From a virus (Duplodnaviria > Caudoviricetes): a DNA stretch of 34,178 nucleotides. The stretch covers positions 1-34,178 of the IMG/VR virus record IMGVR_UViG_3300044724_000572. The stretch is one strand, 5' to 3'. The notes beneath the pieces were generated by a model. The model saw only the letters and a program-made list of their open reading frames with translations, was not told the origin of the DNA and did not search any database. Both the position numbers and the translations under genes were made by a program. This document shows, piece by piece, positions 8,506-16,176 of the stretch; position 1 is the first letter of the stretch; every line of letters starts with the position of its first letter.

Positions 8506-8521
8506 ATGTTTACCTCAGATA

Positions 8522-8602
8522 CAAAAATGCCCCCGACGGACAAACTGGATGCAAAAAACCGTCGAGGGCAAGTTGGACAGCGCGGGAGGATGCGCTGCCT
8601 GC
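8522..8602 (-). ncRNA. Candidate cuckoo-like (UCCUCCC-loop) small RNA
   Basis: Hairpin CAGCGC-AUCCUCCC-GCGCUG, short linker, second GC-rich hairpin followed by UUUUU; dedicated promoter upstream. Confidence 0.6.
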
Positions 8603-8607
8603 TGCTT

Positions 8608-8636
8608 ACGTTAAGGCTGCTCTGTCGGCACGTCAA
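8608..8636 (-). promoter_or_regulatory. Promoter of the candidate sRNA
   Basis: TTGACG (8636-8631) N17 TAACGT (8613-8608). Confidence 0.7.
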
Positions 8637-8907
8637 GCATACCCTCATCCAGCTCACAGCCCAGCGCCAAGTATGCAGCGCCATCGCAGCTGCTGTCGTG
8701 ATGCGGCCCATTGCGCAGCCTCGCCAGCTTGAGCAAGCACATGAGCCTGCACACGTCGCCGGGCGATACCTTGATGCCCAGATAGGCTGACCACATGTGC
8801 GACGTTGCACCGAAGTTCTCCTGCGGCGTCCCATAGTGAGCCTGTCTCGGCCCGTTAATCAGCCCGATGGCTTCCTCCAGCACCGTTGTGCGTACATTCT
8901 TCGTCAT
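8611..8907 (-). CDS. DUF6378-like phage protein (98 aa)
   Basis: L.EA..LING.R...YG.P.ENF.....MWSAYLG...DV..LM.LLKLAR......DS..D.A.Y.AL motif; start MTKNVR with GGAG RBS. Confidence 0.85.
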   Translation of the reverse strand: MTKNVRTTVLEEAIGLINGPRQAHYGTPQENFGATSHMWSAYLGIKVSPGDVCRLMCLLKLARLRNGPHHDSSCDGAAYLALGCELDEGMLDVPTEQP

Positions 8908-8908
8908 C

Positions 8909-9502
8909 TCACTCTCCTGTTGGTTCAAAGTTAATCTCATCATCAAGCACCCGGACTTCCACAACCTTCGCCCCGGCAAACTCTTTCGTCACAGCTGCCA
9001 TCATCTCATCTGTGCGCACGCTCATGACGGCGCAGACCTCGCTGATATGATACACGGCCCACGTTGGATACTTGCGCCTGACAGCTGCCAGATCACCGCT
9101 GGCGAGGAAGCAGTATGTCTTCCCCTTAAACTCGGCTATATGCCCGTCAACCTTTGGCGGCTCATGTCCATCCTGCCTTGCCTTCACGTTCATCACCTTG
9201 AGCGCTTTAATCAGGCTTGTGGCCAGCTCGACACACAGCGCGTAGTCTTCCGCGACCATTGCGGCTTCCAGCTGGCCTCTCAGCTCACGGTAACGCAGCG
9301 CGTATGCTGGCGGCACGCAATCAACCAGCGTATCTCCCCACACCTTAGCCGCCGCTGCTGACGCAAAGCTAAACGGCTCGACCGCTGCTGCTACCTTGTA
9401 GTGGATTGGCTTGCCATAGTTCGTATGCTTGCTCTCAAACGTGCCACGATTGGCCATCGCCGCTTTAGCCTTATCAGACTTGGCTTTTGCTTTTTTAACC
9501 AT
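8909..9502 (-). CDS. Hypothetical phage protein (197 aa)
   Basis: GGAG RBS, tightly packed; no recognised motif. Confidence 0.8.
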   Translation of the reverse strand: MVKKAKAKSDKAKAAMANRGTFESKHTNYGKPIHYKVAAAVEPFSFASAAAAKVWGDTLVDCVPPAYALRYRELRGQLEAAMVAEDYALCVELATSLIKALKVMNVKARQDGHEPPKVDGHIAEFKGKTYCFLASGDLAAVRRKYPTWAVYHISEVCAVMSVRTDEMMAAVTKEFAGAKVVEVRVLDDEINFEPTGE

Positions 9503-9624
9503 TGTGGACCAGCTCCCGTAAACCCTGATAACCCTGCCAGCAGGAGTTAGGACGCAAAGCTGCGCCTCTGGCCCGACTTCGCGCCAGCGAAGGAAGGCGG
9601 GACAGTGGAGCTGCTGGTCGTCTC

Positions 9625-9660
9625 AAAAAAAGAGAGTGTTCGCTTTTGCGAACTCTTTTT
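9625..9660. terminator. Possible bidirectional intrinsic terminator
   Basis: A7 - GTTCGC-tttt-GCGAAC - TCTTTTT; T-runs on both strands. Confidence 0.5.
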
Positions 9661-9672
9661 AAGACCTGCGCC

Positions 9673-9701
9673 TTGACAAAGTGCGTCACTGGAGGTAAAT
9701 T
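9673..9701 (+). promoter_or_regulatory. Near-consensus promoter firing into the iteron array
   Basis: TTGACA (9673-9678) N17 TAAATT (9696-9701). Confidence 0.65.
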
Positions 9702-9849
9702 TTCCGTAGGAAAATTCAGCAAATCCACTGACGCACTATATAAATAAGGGGTTTGCTCGATTTCCGAATCACCCACAAATTGACCGAATTTCAGCAATGC
9801 GTCACTGCGCGTCACACATGCGTCACTGAAATTTTCCACTGACGCACTA
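9680..9849. repeat. Iteron-like array (six GCGTCA cores), putative replication origin
   Basis: TGCGTCACTG at 9682, 9798 and 9819; CGCGTCAC at 9808; inverted TCCACTGACGCACTA at 9724-9738 and 9835-9849; AT-rich spacer; downstream of the primase-helicase. Confidence 0.75.
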
Positions 9850-10173
9850 CTCGATAACATCGAAATCATCCTCATCGTTTGGTTGTAGCCTGCTGTTAAA
9901 CTCATCGATAAACTTGCCCAGAGGCTCAATGGCTTTCTCATACTTAAACTGGCCCTTTGACTTATGTGGCCAGAAGTTAAGTTCTGTGGCCTCGCCTTTG
10001 ATCTCTATTATACACTGCAAGTGCCACGGCGCGTTATCGTAGTTTGGCCAGTAGAAATTTATATTTGGGTTTTCGTTTGCAAAGCTGGCGAACTCCATTG
10101 CGTTTTGCTCCTCTTCGCCGTCGTTGTACCTGTAGAAGCAATCGCTGTAATCTTCTGTCCACTCACGTCTCAT
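9847..10173 (-). CDS. Hypothetical acidic protein (108 aa)
   Basis: GAGG RBS, overlaps the end of the upstream HNH gene. Confidence 0.75.
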   Translation of the reverse strand: MRREWTEDYSDCFYRYNDGEEEQNAMEFASFANENPNINFYWPNYDNAPWHLQCIIEIKGEATELNFWPHKSKGQFKYEKAIEPLGKFIDEFNSRLQPNDEDDFDVIE

Positions 10174-10816
10174 TATGCCTCGCTCCCTTTGTTAAGTTAT
10201 CAACCGCCCACAACGGTTGCATGTTTATATAGTTAAAACACTCGCGCTGCTGCTTCTCGCAGGTTAAATCAAATGTTGCGCAAGGTTTGATGTGGTCTAT
10301 GTGCCACTCGCCGTGATTGTCCCACGTCATGCCATCAGTGAACTTTGCCTCAAGGTGCTGGCGTAGGTGTGGCACAGAGCAGCCCACGAGCTGCATTGTC
10401 CTGCATGACTTCTCTCCGCCGCTGCGTATGATTGCCGCCCTTACCCTAGCGCGCAGCACGCCCTTTATCTTAAAGTTTATATCGTTTTCCGCCCGTTCTG
10501 CCATATAGTTCCGCATGTAGTCTTTATGGGCCTCCGGGTCGCGCTCACGTTGATCTTGGCTGCGCTGCCTGCGTTGCTCTATTGTTAGCGATTGGTAAAT
10601 ATTGCTCGCTCTACTTACACATTTTTGACGATACTCCGCGTCGGCTTCATACTTTTTCCTTCTGCGCTTATTTTCGTTGGCCTTATATTTATCAGCGTTG
10701 CGAAGCTCCCACGCCTGCCTGCCGCTGTTTAAATTGCACCGCGTAGAGCAGAATTTCTTTTTCCGCCCCAGCGTGAAAAAGTTGCAGCACGCTTTATATT
10801 CACACGCCTTAATCAT
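10163..10816 (-). CDS. HNH endonuclease (WHIDHIKP type) with N-terminal Cys cluster
   Basis: GCS...LRQHLEAKFTDGMTWDNHGEWHIDHIKPCATFDL....Q..CFNYINMQPLWAVDNLTKG. Confidence 0.92.
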   Translation of the reverse strand: MIKACEYKACCNFFTLGRKKKFCSTRCNLNSGRQAWELRNADKYKANENKRRRKKYEADAEYRQKCVSRASNIYQSLTIEQRRQRSQDQRERDPEAHKDYMRNYMAERAENDINFKIKGVLRARVRAAIIRSGGEKSCRTMQLVGCSVPHLRQHLEAKFTDGMTWDNHGEWHIDHIKPCATFDLTCEKQQRECFNYINMQPLWAVDNLTKGARHNET

Positions 10817-13119
10817 CAGTTCATCTCCCCTACTCTGCCCGTCGATACGACGCCCTTGCGCTCCCTGCGCTGGCTTGGGCTGTGATAGACAATTTCCTCC
10901 AGCAGACCTTCGTCATTCCACTGGCGCAGGATTGCCTTTGCCTGCCCTGCTGTCTTTGTGTGGTCTAGGTCTGAGAACCTGTAGTTTGTGATGACTGAGC
11001 CGACCCAGCGCTGCTTGTCCTGCGGCCTGATAGAATACTTCTCGCCGTCCTCTGGGCCTTTGTCGATCAGATCAAGCATATTGTTGACCACACGGGTTGT
11101 CATACCCGCCCACTGATCGGGCAGCTTGAACTCAACGGCCACACCGACGTATTCTCCGTTGTCTAGCTTCGTGCTGACCATGCGCCGGTAGATTGCCTTA
11201 TCCGCTGGCAGAGGTGCGCTGAGATTGGCTTTGCCGTCATCTACCCGGAAGACACCTGTCGCGCTGGCCTCTGGCACACCGAGCGCCACGGCGTCCTCAA
11301 ACTTAACTTTATTGATAACTCTGGCTGCTCTGGCTGCGCCGATCAGTGAACCAGCGCCGCGCACGCTGTCAATATCAGCATCCTCTCCGTTGCCTTTGCG
11401 CACATGGTGAACCACATGCACGGCGCAGCCAGCCTCTCTGGCCAGCTGGCGCAGCATTGCGACCACCTTCTGCACACTCATATTCGAGTTCTCGTTGACT
11501 TCGTGCGTCGATATGAATGGATCAATGATGACAAGGCCGATGCCGTTGGCTTTTATCTTATCTCGCATGTGGCTGAGGAAGGCGTCATTGGTCTCGATGC
11601 CGTCTCTGGTTTCCGCAGCCAGAGTGATGCCAATTGTGTCTTCCGCATCCATGAACAGTTTGCCTGCTATCTCTGGGTGCGTGACGTTGTGTTGCTTCAT
11701 GGCTGCGGCCAGTCTGATTTGCATCTCGGCCATGTCATCTTCTAGGTTTATGATCCAAACATTTGTTGGCTCATGTACCTTCTCGCCCAGCAGTGGCCGA
11801 CCAGTGACCACAGCCAGCGCTTCAACCATTGTGAGCGAAGTTTTGCCGATGCCACCAGCTGACGCCGTGACGCTGACAAAGCCGCGAATGTGGTGATGCC
11901 CGTAAATCCACCGCCTGCGAGGTAAACTTGCTTCGTCAATAGTTCCGACGGGCGTTGGCCATTCGAGCTTAGGTACAGGCTCAGGTTGGCTCTCAGGCTC
12001 AATCTGGGGGTCGGGTATGGTATCAAAGTCATCCAGCCCGTCATCTGGCTCAGGTAACTGTTGGTTGACTTCATCAAACTTGCTGGGACGCAGCTCGGCG
12101 GCGTAAGTGCGCACGGCGGCCCGCATGTCGTTGTCATGCTCAAAGTAGCAGTAAAGATCGAAGGCATCACCCCAGCAAAACTCTGCGCTGGTCTGGCCAA
12201 TGCCAGCGGCCCGGTCTGAGCCTGACAGACTGACCCAGTGTGTGCCGAAATCTTTGGTGGCGTGTGAGCCAGATGTCTGCATTGGGGATCGGTAGCTGTC
12301 TGATCGGCCCAGTTTCTCGTAACCGTGGCGCAGCATCATGTCGGCTATTGTATTATTACGGTTGAACTCGGCAACTGGATCAACGTCATCGAAATCTTTT
12401 CGCTTTTCTTCACGCTGCTGTGCGCGCAGCTGGCGCTCGGCTGCGGCACGTTCTGCTGCAATGGCTTCATTCTTCCGGCGAAACTCTAGGTTTGCCCAAA
12501 TTTTACTTTCGGTTGGGATCAGCAAGCCCTCACCGCGATTGCGCAGGCCATGATAAAACTCTGGCTGCCCGAAGTTGTCACGTCGAGCCGGCGGCACGTT
12601 CGGAAGGAAGATCGGCTGACCCGTGCGTGAGAGGGCTGCGTCACAAGTGATGCCTTCCTGCTGCATGAGATCAAACAGTGCCAGCTGGGCGTCAACGTAG
12701 TCCTCACCGCTGATCGGCTCTGACAGCGGGATGAGCGCACGCCACTTGCGGTTGTCTTCTGTTGCCCCGGATGACGAATAGATCAGTGAGGATGCGTTGC
12801 CGGTGACACGCTCAACGGCTGACTTGACCTCGGTGAGCGATGGGTCGCCCTCGTCAACGTCAATGGCCAGCATCCAATACTCGCCATGCTCGCGCTGTGT
12901 CGCGTGATTTCTGCCATCATGTTCGCGATAAGTTGACGGAATGAAGAACAGCGCGTCGGCCTTTTCGGTCGCCTGCGGTTCGCTGACGAGTTTAGCTATT
13001 TTACCGATTGTGATGCCGTCGTATTCTGACCCGGTTTGATTGATGCGAGTGTCGCGCGCACCGGCCGCAAGTAGCAGCTCTTTCTTGCCAACTTCGCTTG
13101 TCTTTGTTAGTCTGTGCAT
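10816..13119 (-). CDS. Primase (AEP/PrimPol-like) fused to AAA_25/RepA-like SF4 helicase
   Basis: N-terminal AIDVD and YSSS...KWRALIPL; C-terminal Walker A GGIGKT, NLED, Walker B IIDP, HHVRK, RGAGSL..AAR. Start MHRLTK behind GGAGAAAGG (track start 13137 also possible). Confidence 0.88.
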   Translation of the reverse strand: MHRLTKTSEVGKKELLLAAGARDTRINQTGSEYDGITIGKIAKLVSEPQATEKADALFFIPSTYREHDGRNHATQREHGEYWMLAIDVDEGDPSLTEVKSAVERVTGNASSLIYSSSGATEDNRKWRALIPLSEPISGEDYVDAQLALFDLMQQEGITCDAALSRTGQPIFLPNVPPARRDNFGQPEFYHGLRNRGEGLLIPTESKIWANLEFRRKNEAIAAERAAAERQLRAQQREEKRKDFDDVDPVAEFNRNNTIADMMLRHGYEKLGRSDSYRSPMQTSGSHATKDFGTHWVSLSGSDRAAGIGQTSAEFCWGDAFDLYCYFEHDNDMRAAVRTYAAELRPSKFDEVNQQLPEPDDGLDDFDTIPDPQIEPESQPEPVPKLEWPTPVGTIDEASLPRRRWIYGHHHIRGFVSVTASAGGIGKTSLTMVEALAVVTGRPLLGEKVHEPTNVWIINLEDDMAEMQIRLAAAMKQHNVTHPEIAGKLFMDAEDTIGITLAAETRDGIETNDAFLSHMRDKIKANGIGLVIIDPFISTHEVNENSNMSVQKVVAMLRQLAREAGCAVHVVHHVRKGNGEDADIDSVRGAGSLIGAARAARVINKVKFEDAVALGVPEASATGVFRVDDGKANLSAPLPADKAIYRRMVSTKLDNGEYVGVAVEFKLPDQWAGMTTRVVNNMLDLIDKGPEDGEKYSIRPQDKQRWVGSVITNYRFSDLDHTKTAGQAKAILRQWNDEGLLEEIVYHSPSQRRERKGVVSTGRVGEMN

Positions 13120-13162
13120 GTTCGGACCTTTCTCCATCCAATCGTGGGTTCGCTTTCACTGT

Positions 13163-13201
13163 AACCCCCGGCAGCGTCCCAACTGCCGGGGGTTTTCTTT
13201 T
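13163..13201. terminator. GC-rich hairpin/intrinsic terminator between ssb and primase-helicase
   Basis: AACCCCCGGCAG-8 nt-CTGCCGGGGGTT perfect 12-bp stem; the T-run is on the + strand. Confidence 0.7.
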
Positions 13202-13203
13202 GC

Positions 13204-13848
13204 TTAAAAGGGTATCTCATCCCCGTCGAGCGCGTCGGCCATGTCTTGCGCTGGTGACTGAGCTGGTGCGGCGGCGGGGCCAAAGTCATCTAGCGAAGCA
13301 TCAACGCCGCCTGACATCGTTGTTGGCACTTCGTCAAAGTCATCTAGGCCTCCGCCCCCATACACTGCGTGCGTGACCTGCACGGTGTCGATCAGCAGCG
13401 AGATGCCACCGTTGCCGTCTGGATCGGTCACGGGATACGCTGTCACCTTGATGCTGCCCTTTGAGCCACCCCAGAAAGCTGTGTCGGCCAGCGGTTGCTT
13501 CATGCCGTCAATGACGCGAGGCTTTTCGTTCTGCTGACCTTGGCTGTTTGTGCCGTTGCGCTTGGCGCGGAATTCATAGTTGCCGCTGTCAAGTTTCTTC
13601 ATGCCAAATATTTTGTTGAATGGCGCTTTCGTCTGGCACGTCTCGTAGTGTGCCTTCAGCTCGGCGTGCAGCGTCTTGGCTTCGTCGGCCTGCATCTCCC
13701 AAGCTATAGAGTAAGCCGCGTTTGACGCTGTTGGCGCGCACTCTTCGCTCTTCTTCTCTGAAGTATTGTAGCGATAACAAGCGTTTAGCCGGGGGTACTT
13801 AAACTCCACATTGCGGATCATTACGGGTTTAAAGTCTGTTTTAGCCAT
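13204..13848 (-). CDS. ssb: Single-stranded DNA-binding protein (T7 gp2.5/Enc34-like)
   Basis: OB-fold pattern (YPRL, P.VID, GGS.G, GISL.I..VQV), acidic tail ending DEIPF, replication context. Confidence 0.85.
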   Translation of the reverse strand: MAKTDFKPVMIRNVEFKYPRLNACYRYNTSEKKSEECAPTASNAAYSIAWEMQADEAKTLHAELKAHYETCQTKAPFNKIFGMKKLDSGNYEFRAKRNGTNSQGQQNEKPRVIDGMKQPLADTAFWGGSKGSIKVTAYPVTDPDGNGGISLLIDTVQVTHAVYGGGGLDDFDEVPTTMSGGVDASLDDFGPAAAPAQSPAQDMADALDGDEIPF

Positions 13849-13866
13849 CTGTTTTTCTCCAAGCTA

Positions 13867-14661
13867 TTAAAGTTCGACTGCATCTAAACGCAGCCATCGT
13901 GGTAGATCAATCACATTAGTTTGATCTGACCAACCAGTGTCCCACTTCTGGGCCTCGTTGGCTTTAGCAATCTTGCGCAGGGTCATGTGCATTTCGCCCT
14001 TGGCCCAGTCAAGATATTCCTCATGTATTATATTTGTCGAGATTGCGTGTGCGCCTGATTTCTCGACGTGAACAAATACAAACTGTGACGCCTCATATCC
14101 TGCCTGCTCAATGCAGTGCATGTAAAAGGCTTGCTGAATTGCGTAGTTGTAGGACACCATATCTTTAGCCACGCCTCGGGGGCTGGCATCCTGACACGTC
14201 TTGAGATCGTATAGGACACCTTTGGCATCCCAATAGCTATCTGGGCGGCACTTGATTTTCAGCCCAGTCTCAGGGTCGGTGGCAAAGAAGCTGGCCTCGT
14301 TAACCGTTGTCGGCCCAGCCATGCGTTGCCCCACTGGGTGAAACAGCACGCTATCGGCAATATTCCGCGCAAGGTCATAGTCGGCGGCGGTCAGCAAGGT
14401 CTGATCGTTTGCCTGTGCTTCTTCATGTGCTTCCGTCCAAGCCTTGCCCCGGCGGGTCTCCGGCCCACGGATGATACCCTTGCCATCCTCTAGCACCATT
14501 GCGTGTACGGCGGTTCCCATATCAAACACTGGGCTTGGGCTGTATGTATTCGCCTTCCAATGTGCCAGCGATTTGCTGTGGACCATCTTAACGTCAGATG
14601 ACGATATGTGATCCTTTTTGGCATGGTATTCCGTGTTGGATAATTTGTCAGCAGGGATCAT
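13867..14661 (-). CDS. Exonuclease VIII/RecE-like PD-(D/E)XK nuclease (DUF3799-like)
   Basis: YH....ISSS, GTAVH..VLE, E.S.F..D..TG..IKCRPD, DLKT, Y..Q.AFY, F.FV.VEK. Confidence 0.92.
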   Translation of the reverse strand: MIPADKLSNTEYHAKKDHISSSDVKMVHSKSLAHWKANTYSPSPVFDMGTAVHAMVLEDGKGIIRGPETRRGKAWTEAHEEAQANDQTLLTAADYDLARNIADSVLFHPVGQRMAGPTTVNEASFFATDPETGLKIKCRPDSYWDAKGVLYDLKTCQDASPRGVAKDMVSYNYAIQQAFYMHCIEQAGYEASQFVFVHVEKSGAHAISTNIIHEEYLDWAKGEMHMTLRKIAKANEAQKWDTGWSDQTNVIDLPRWLRLDAVEL

Positions 14662-15011
14662 TCAACAATCTCCGCCGTAAATTCGTTGTCGGGATAATCA
14701 AATCTTAACTTCATATCACAATCAACGTCTCCTTGAATAAAGCTGTTGTCTAAAACCTTTAACGCCGAAAATTTGTGGTCAGCGATTGCTACATAAGCCG
14801 TAAATTCAGGTTTCCCATCAACTACATTAATGTTCAGAAACATTGAATCCAACGCCTCAAGCATCCCAAGGCGAAGAGCAAAGTCACAACTATCATTTAA
14901 TATTTTTTCAAATGATTTGCTGTCGTCTGACCAATTTCGACCAGTAGGAAAGTAATTTTTTTCGGAAACTTCGCAAAGGTCTTCTTTGCCTGTAAGTTTT
15001 ATTTCAGTCAT
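14658..15011 (-). CDS. Hypothetical AT-rich accessory protein (117 aa)
   Basis: ATGA-coupled on both sides; visibly lower GC than its flanks. Confidence 0.75.
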   Translation of the reverse strand: MTEIKLTGKEDLCEVSEKNYFPTGRNWSDDSKSFEKILNDSCDFALRLGMLEALDSMFLNINVVDGKPEFTAYVAIADHKFSALKVLDNSFIQGDVDCDMKLRFDYPDNEFTAEIVE

Positions 15012-15397
15012 TGCATTGCCTCCCTAGCAATATAGCAGAAGGTCTCAAAATCGACCTCCACCGTGTAATCGTGATCGCAATCGGTCAACGCAGCCAGCGG
15101 GATCACACATCGCATTGGCTTGCGGTCGTATTTGTAAATCAGGCACGGCATCTTCTGCTCACGCTCGGCGGCGGTTTTAACTTGCTCCCACCATGCAGGC
15201 GCACCGCCGATTGGGCCGTCCTTGTAACGCTTTAGCTCCAAGGTAAACGGGAATGCCGGATCGTCTGGGATCAGGTCAGCGTGAGCGCCGGCCCGGTATT
15301 GCTCCAGATCGCGCTTGAAGCCGATGCCCAGCTCATCGCGCAGCATGTTGGCAACTTCACGCTCAAATGATGCGCCCTTATTGCGCCCGTTGACCAT
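15008..15397 (-). CDS. Hjc-like Holliday junction resolvase
   Basis: GRNKGASFEREVA..L, ADL, LELKR, WWEQ, P.LIYK.DR. Confidence 0.85.
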   Translation of the reverse strand: MVNGRNKGASFEREVANMLRDELGIGFKRDLEQYRAGAHADLIPDDPAFPFTLELKRYKDGPIGGAPAWWEQVKTAAEREQKMPCLIYKYDRKPMRCVIPLAALTDCDHDYTVEVDFETFCYIAREAMQ

Positions 15398-15558
15398 CAG
15401 TCAGCTCGCGGCTGTTCAGCGTAAATCCCTACGTTGGCCGCAGCGTTAATAGCTGCCGACCGAATAAACGTGGCCAGCGCCATGCCAGCACGCTCGGCGG
15501 CTAACGTCAGCGCCTCATGCTGGGCTTCAGTTAAGACCACTCGACTTTCTTTCTTCAT
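15397..15558 (-). CDS. Ribbon-helix-helix DNA-binding protein (53 aa, absent from track)
   Basis: MKKESRVVLTEAQHEALTLAAERAGMALATFIRSAAINAAANVGIYAEQPRAD; GGAGGG RBS; TGATG overlap with the resolvase. Confidence 0.82.
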   Translation of the reverse strand: MKKESRVVLTEAQHEALTLAAERAGMALATFIRSAAINAAANVGIYAEQPRAD

Positions 15559-15581
15559 GTCACCCTCCAAGGTTAATTTGA

Positions 15582-15657
15582 TAGGACGTTACATCCTAAA
15601 AAAAGTTTATGCAAGTGCATCTTTAGTATTTACATAGGATGATTTGCGGATTAAAGT
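15582..15657. promoter_or_regulatory. Divergent promoters with operator-like palindrome
   Basis: Leftward TTGCAT (15614-15609) N17 TAACGT; rightward TTTACA (15629-15634) N17 TAAAGT; palindrome TAGGACGT-T-ACATCCTA 15582-15598; half-site TAGGATG 15635-15641. Confidence 0.7.
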
Positions 15658-15683
15658 GATTGTATAAACAGATGGAGACTGAC

Positions 15684-15911
15684 ATGACTAATTCTTACAA
15701 GGCAACTAAAACCCGCCATAAATACGCAAATCGCTACAAAATGGTTTCAGAAGATGGCGCAAGAGGTGAGTGTGAGCTTATGGATGACGGAACGTACCGT
15801 CTTCGCTTTGGCTCAATGATTGGCTCAACGAAATACGCCAGCATGGACGATGTGGCGCAAGAGGCGTTCCGTTGCAGCCGTGAGGCACTTGCTCGCATTT
15901 CGGTAGTTTAG
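15684..15911 (+). CDS. Early hypothetical protein (75 aa)
   Basis: GGAG RBS before ATG 15684; first gene after the rightward promoter. Confidence 0.75.
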   Translation: MTNSYKATKTRHKYANRYKMVSEDGARGECELMDDGTYRLRFGSMIGSTKYASMDDVAQEAFRCSREALARISVV

Positions 15912-15922
15912 GGAGAACCACA

Positions 15923-16012
15923 ATGAAACATAAGCTAGAAATTGCCGCCGAAATCATATTCCTCTTGGCTCTGTTTGCAGTGCCATTGTTCATCAGGAGC
16001 GTAATGCTATGA
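15923..16012 (+). CDS. 29-aa single-pass membrane peptide
   Basis: MKHKLEIAAEIIFLLALFAVPLFIRSVML; GGGAG RBS; ATGA overlap. Confidence 0.7.
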   Translation: MKHKLEIAAEIIFLLALFAVPLFIRSVML

Positions 16013-16176
16013 CCAATATAATTAACTGCCCAGAATGCGATGGCGAAGGCGAGGTTGAGCGCGATGTTTGGGTCCGCCAAAGCTCAACTTGGCACGGCGA
16101 CTTTGAATCCGTCATGGAGGATTGCGACAACTGTGGTGGCGTAGGCCAGATTGAAGCGTTGGAGGAAGACGAATGA
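16009..16176 (+). CDS. 55-aa DnaJ-type zinc-finger protein
   Basis: CPECDGEG and CDNCGGVG (2x CxxCxGxG); AGGAG RBS; ATGA overlaps at both ends. Confidence 0.82.
   Translation: MTNIINCPECDGEGEVERDVWVRQSSTWHGDFESVMEDCDNCGGVGQIEALEEDE

Noticed and set aside
9680-9849. Repeat cluster as a mini CRISPR array
   Set aside because: Repeats are 7-15 bp, in mixed orientation and irregularly spaced; no cas genes.
9495-9941. 148-aa - strand ORF across the iteron region
   Set aside because: Overlaps two better genes and a repeat/hairpin region; not protein-like.
4739-10816. Group I introns or inteins hosting the HNH genes
   Set aside because: terL, terS and the primase-helicase read as uninterrupted ORFs; the HNH genes abut neighbours with no room for a ribozyme core, and no intein termini were seen.
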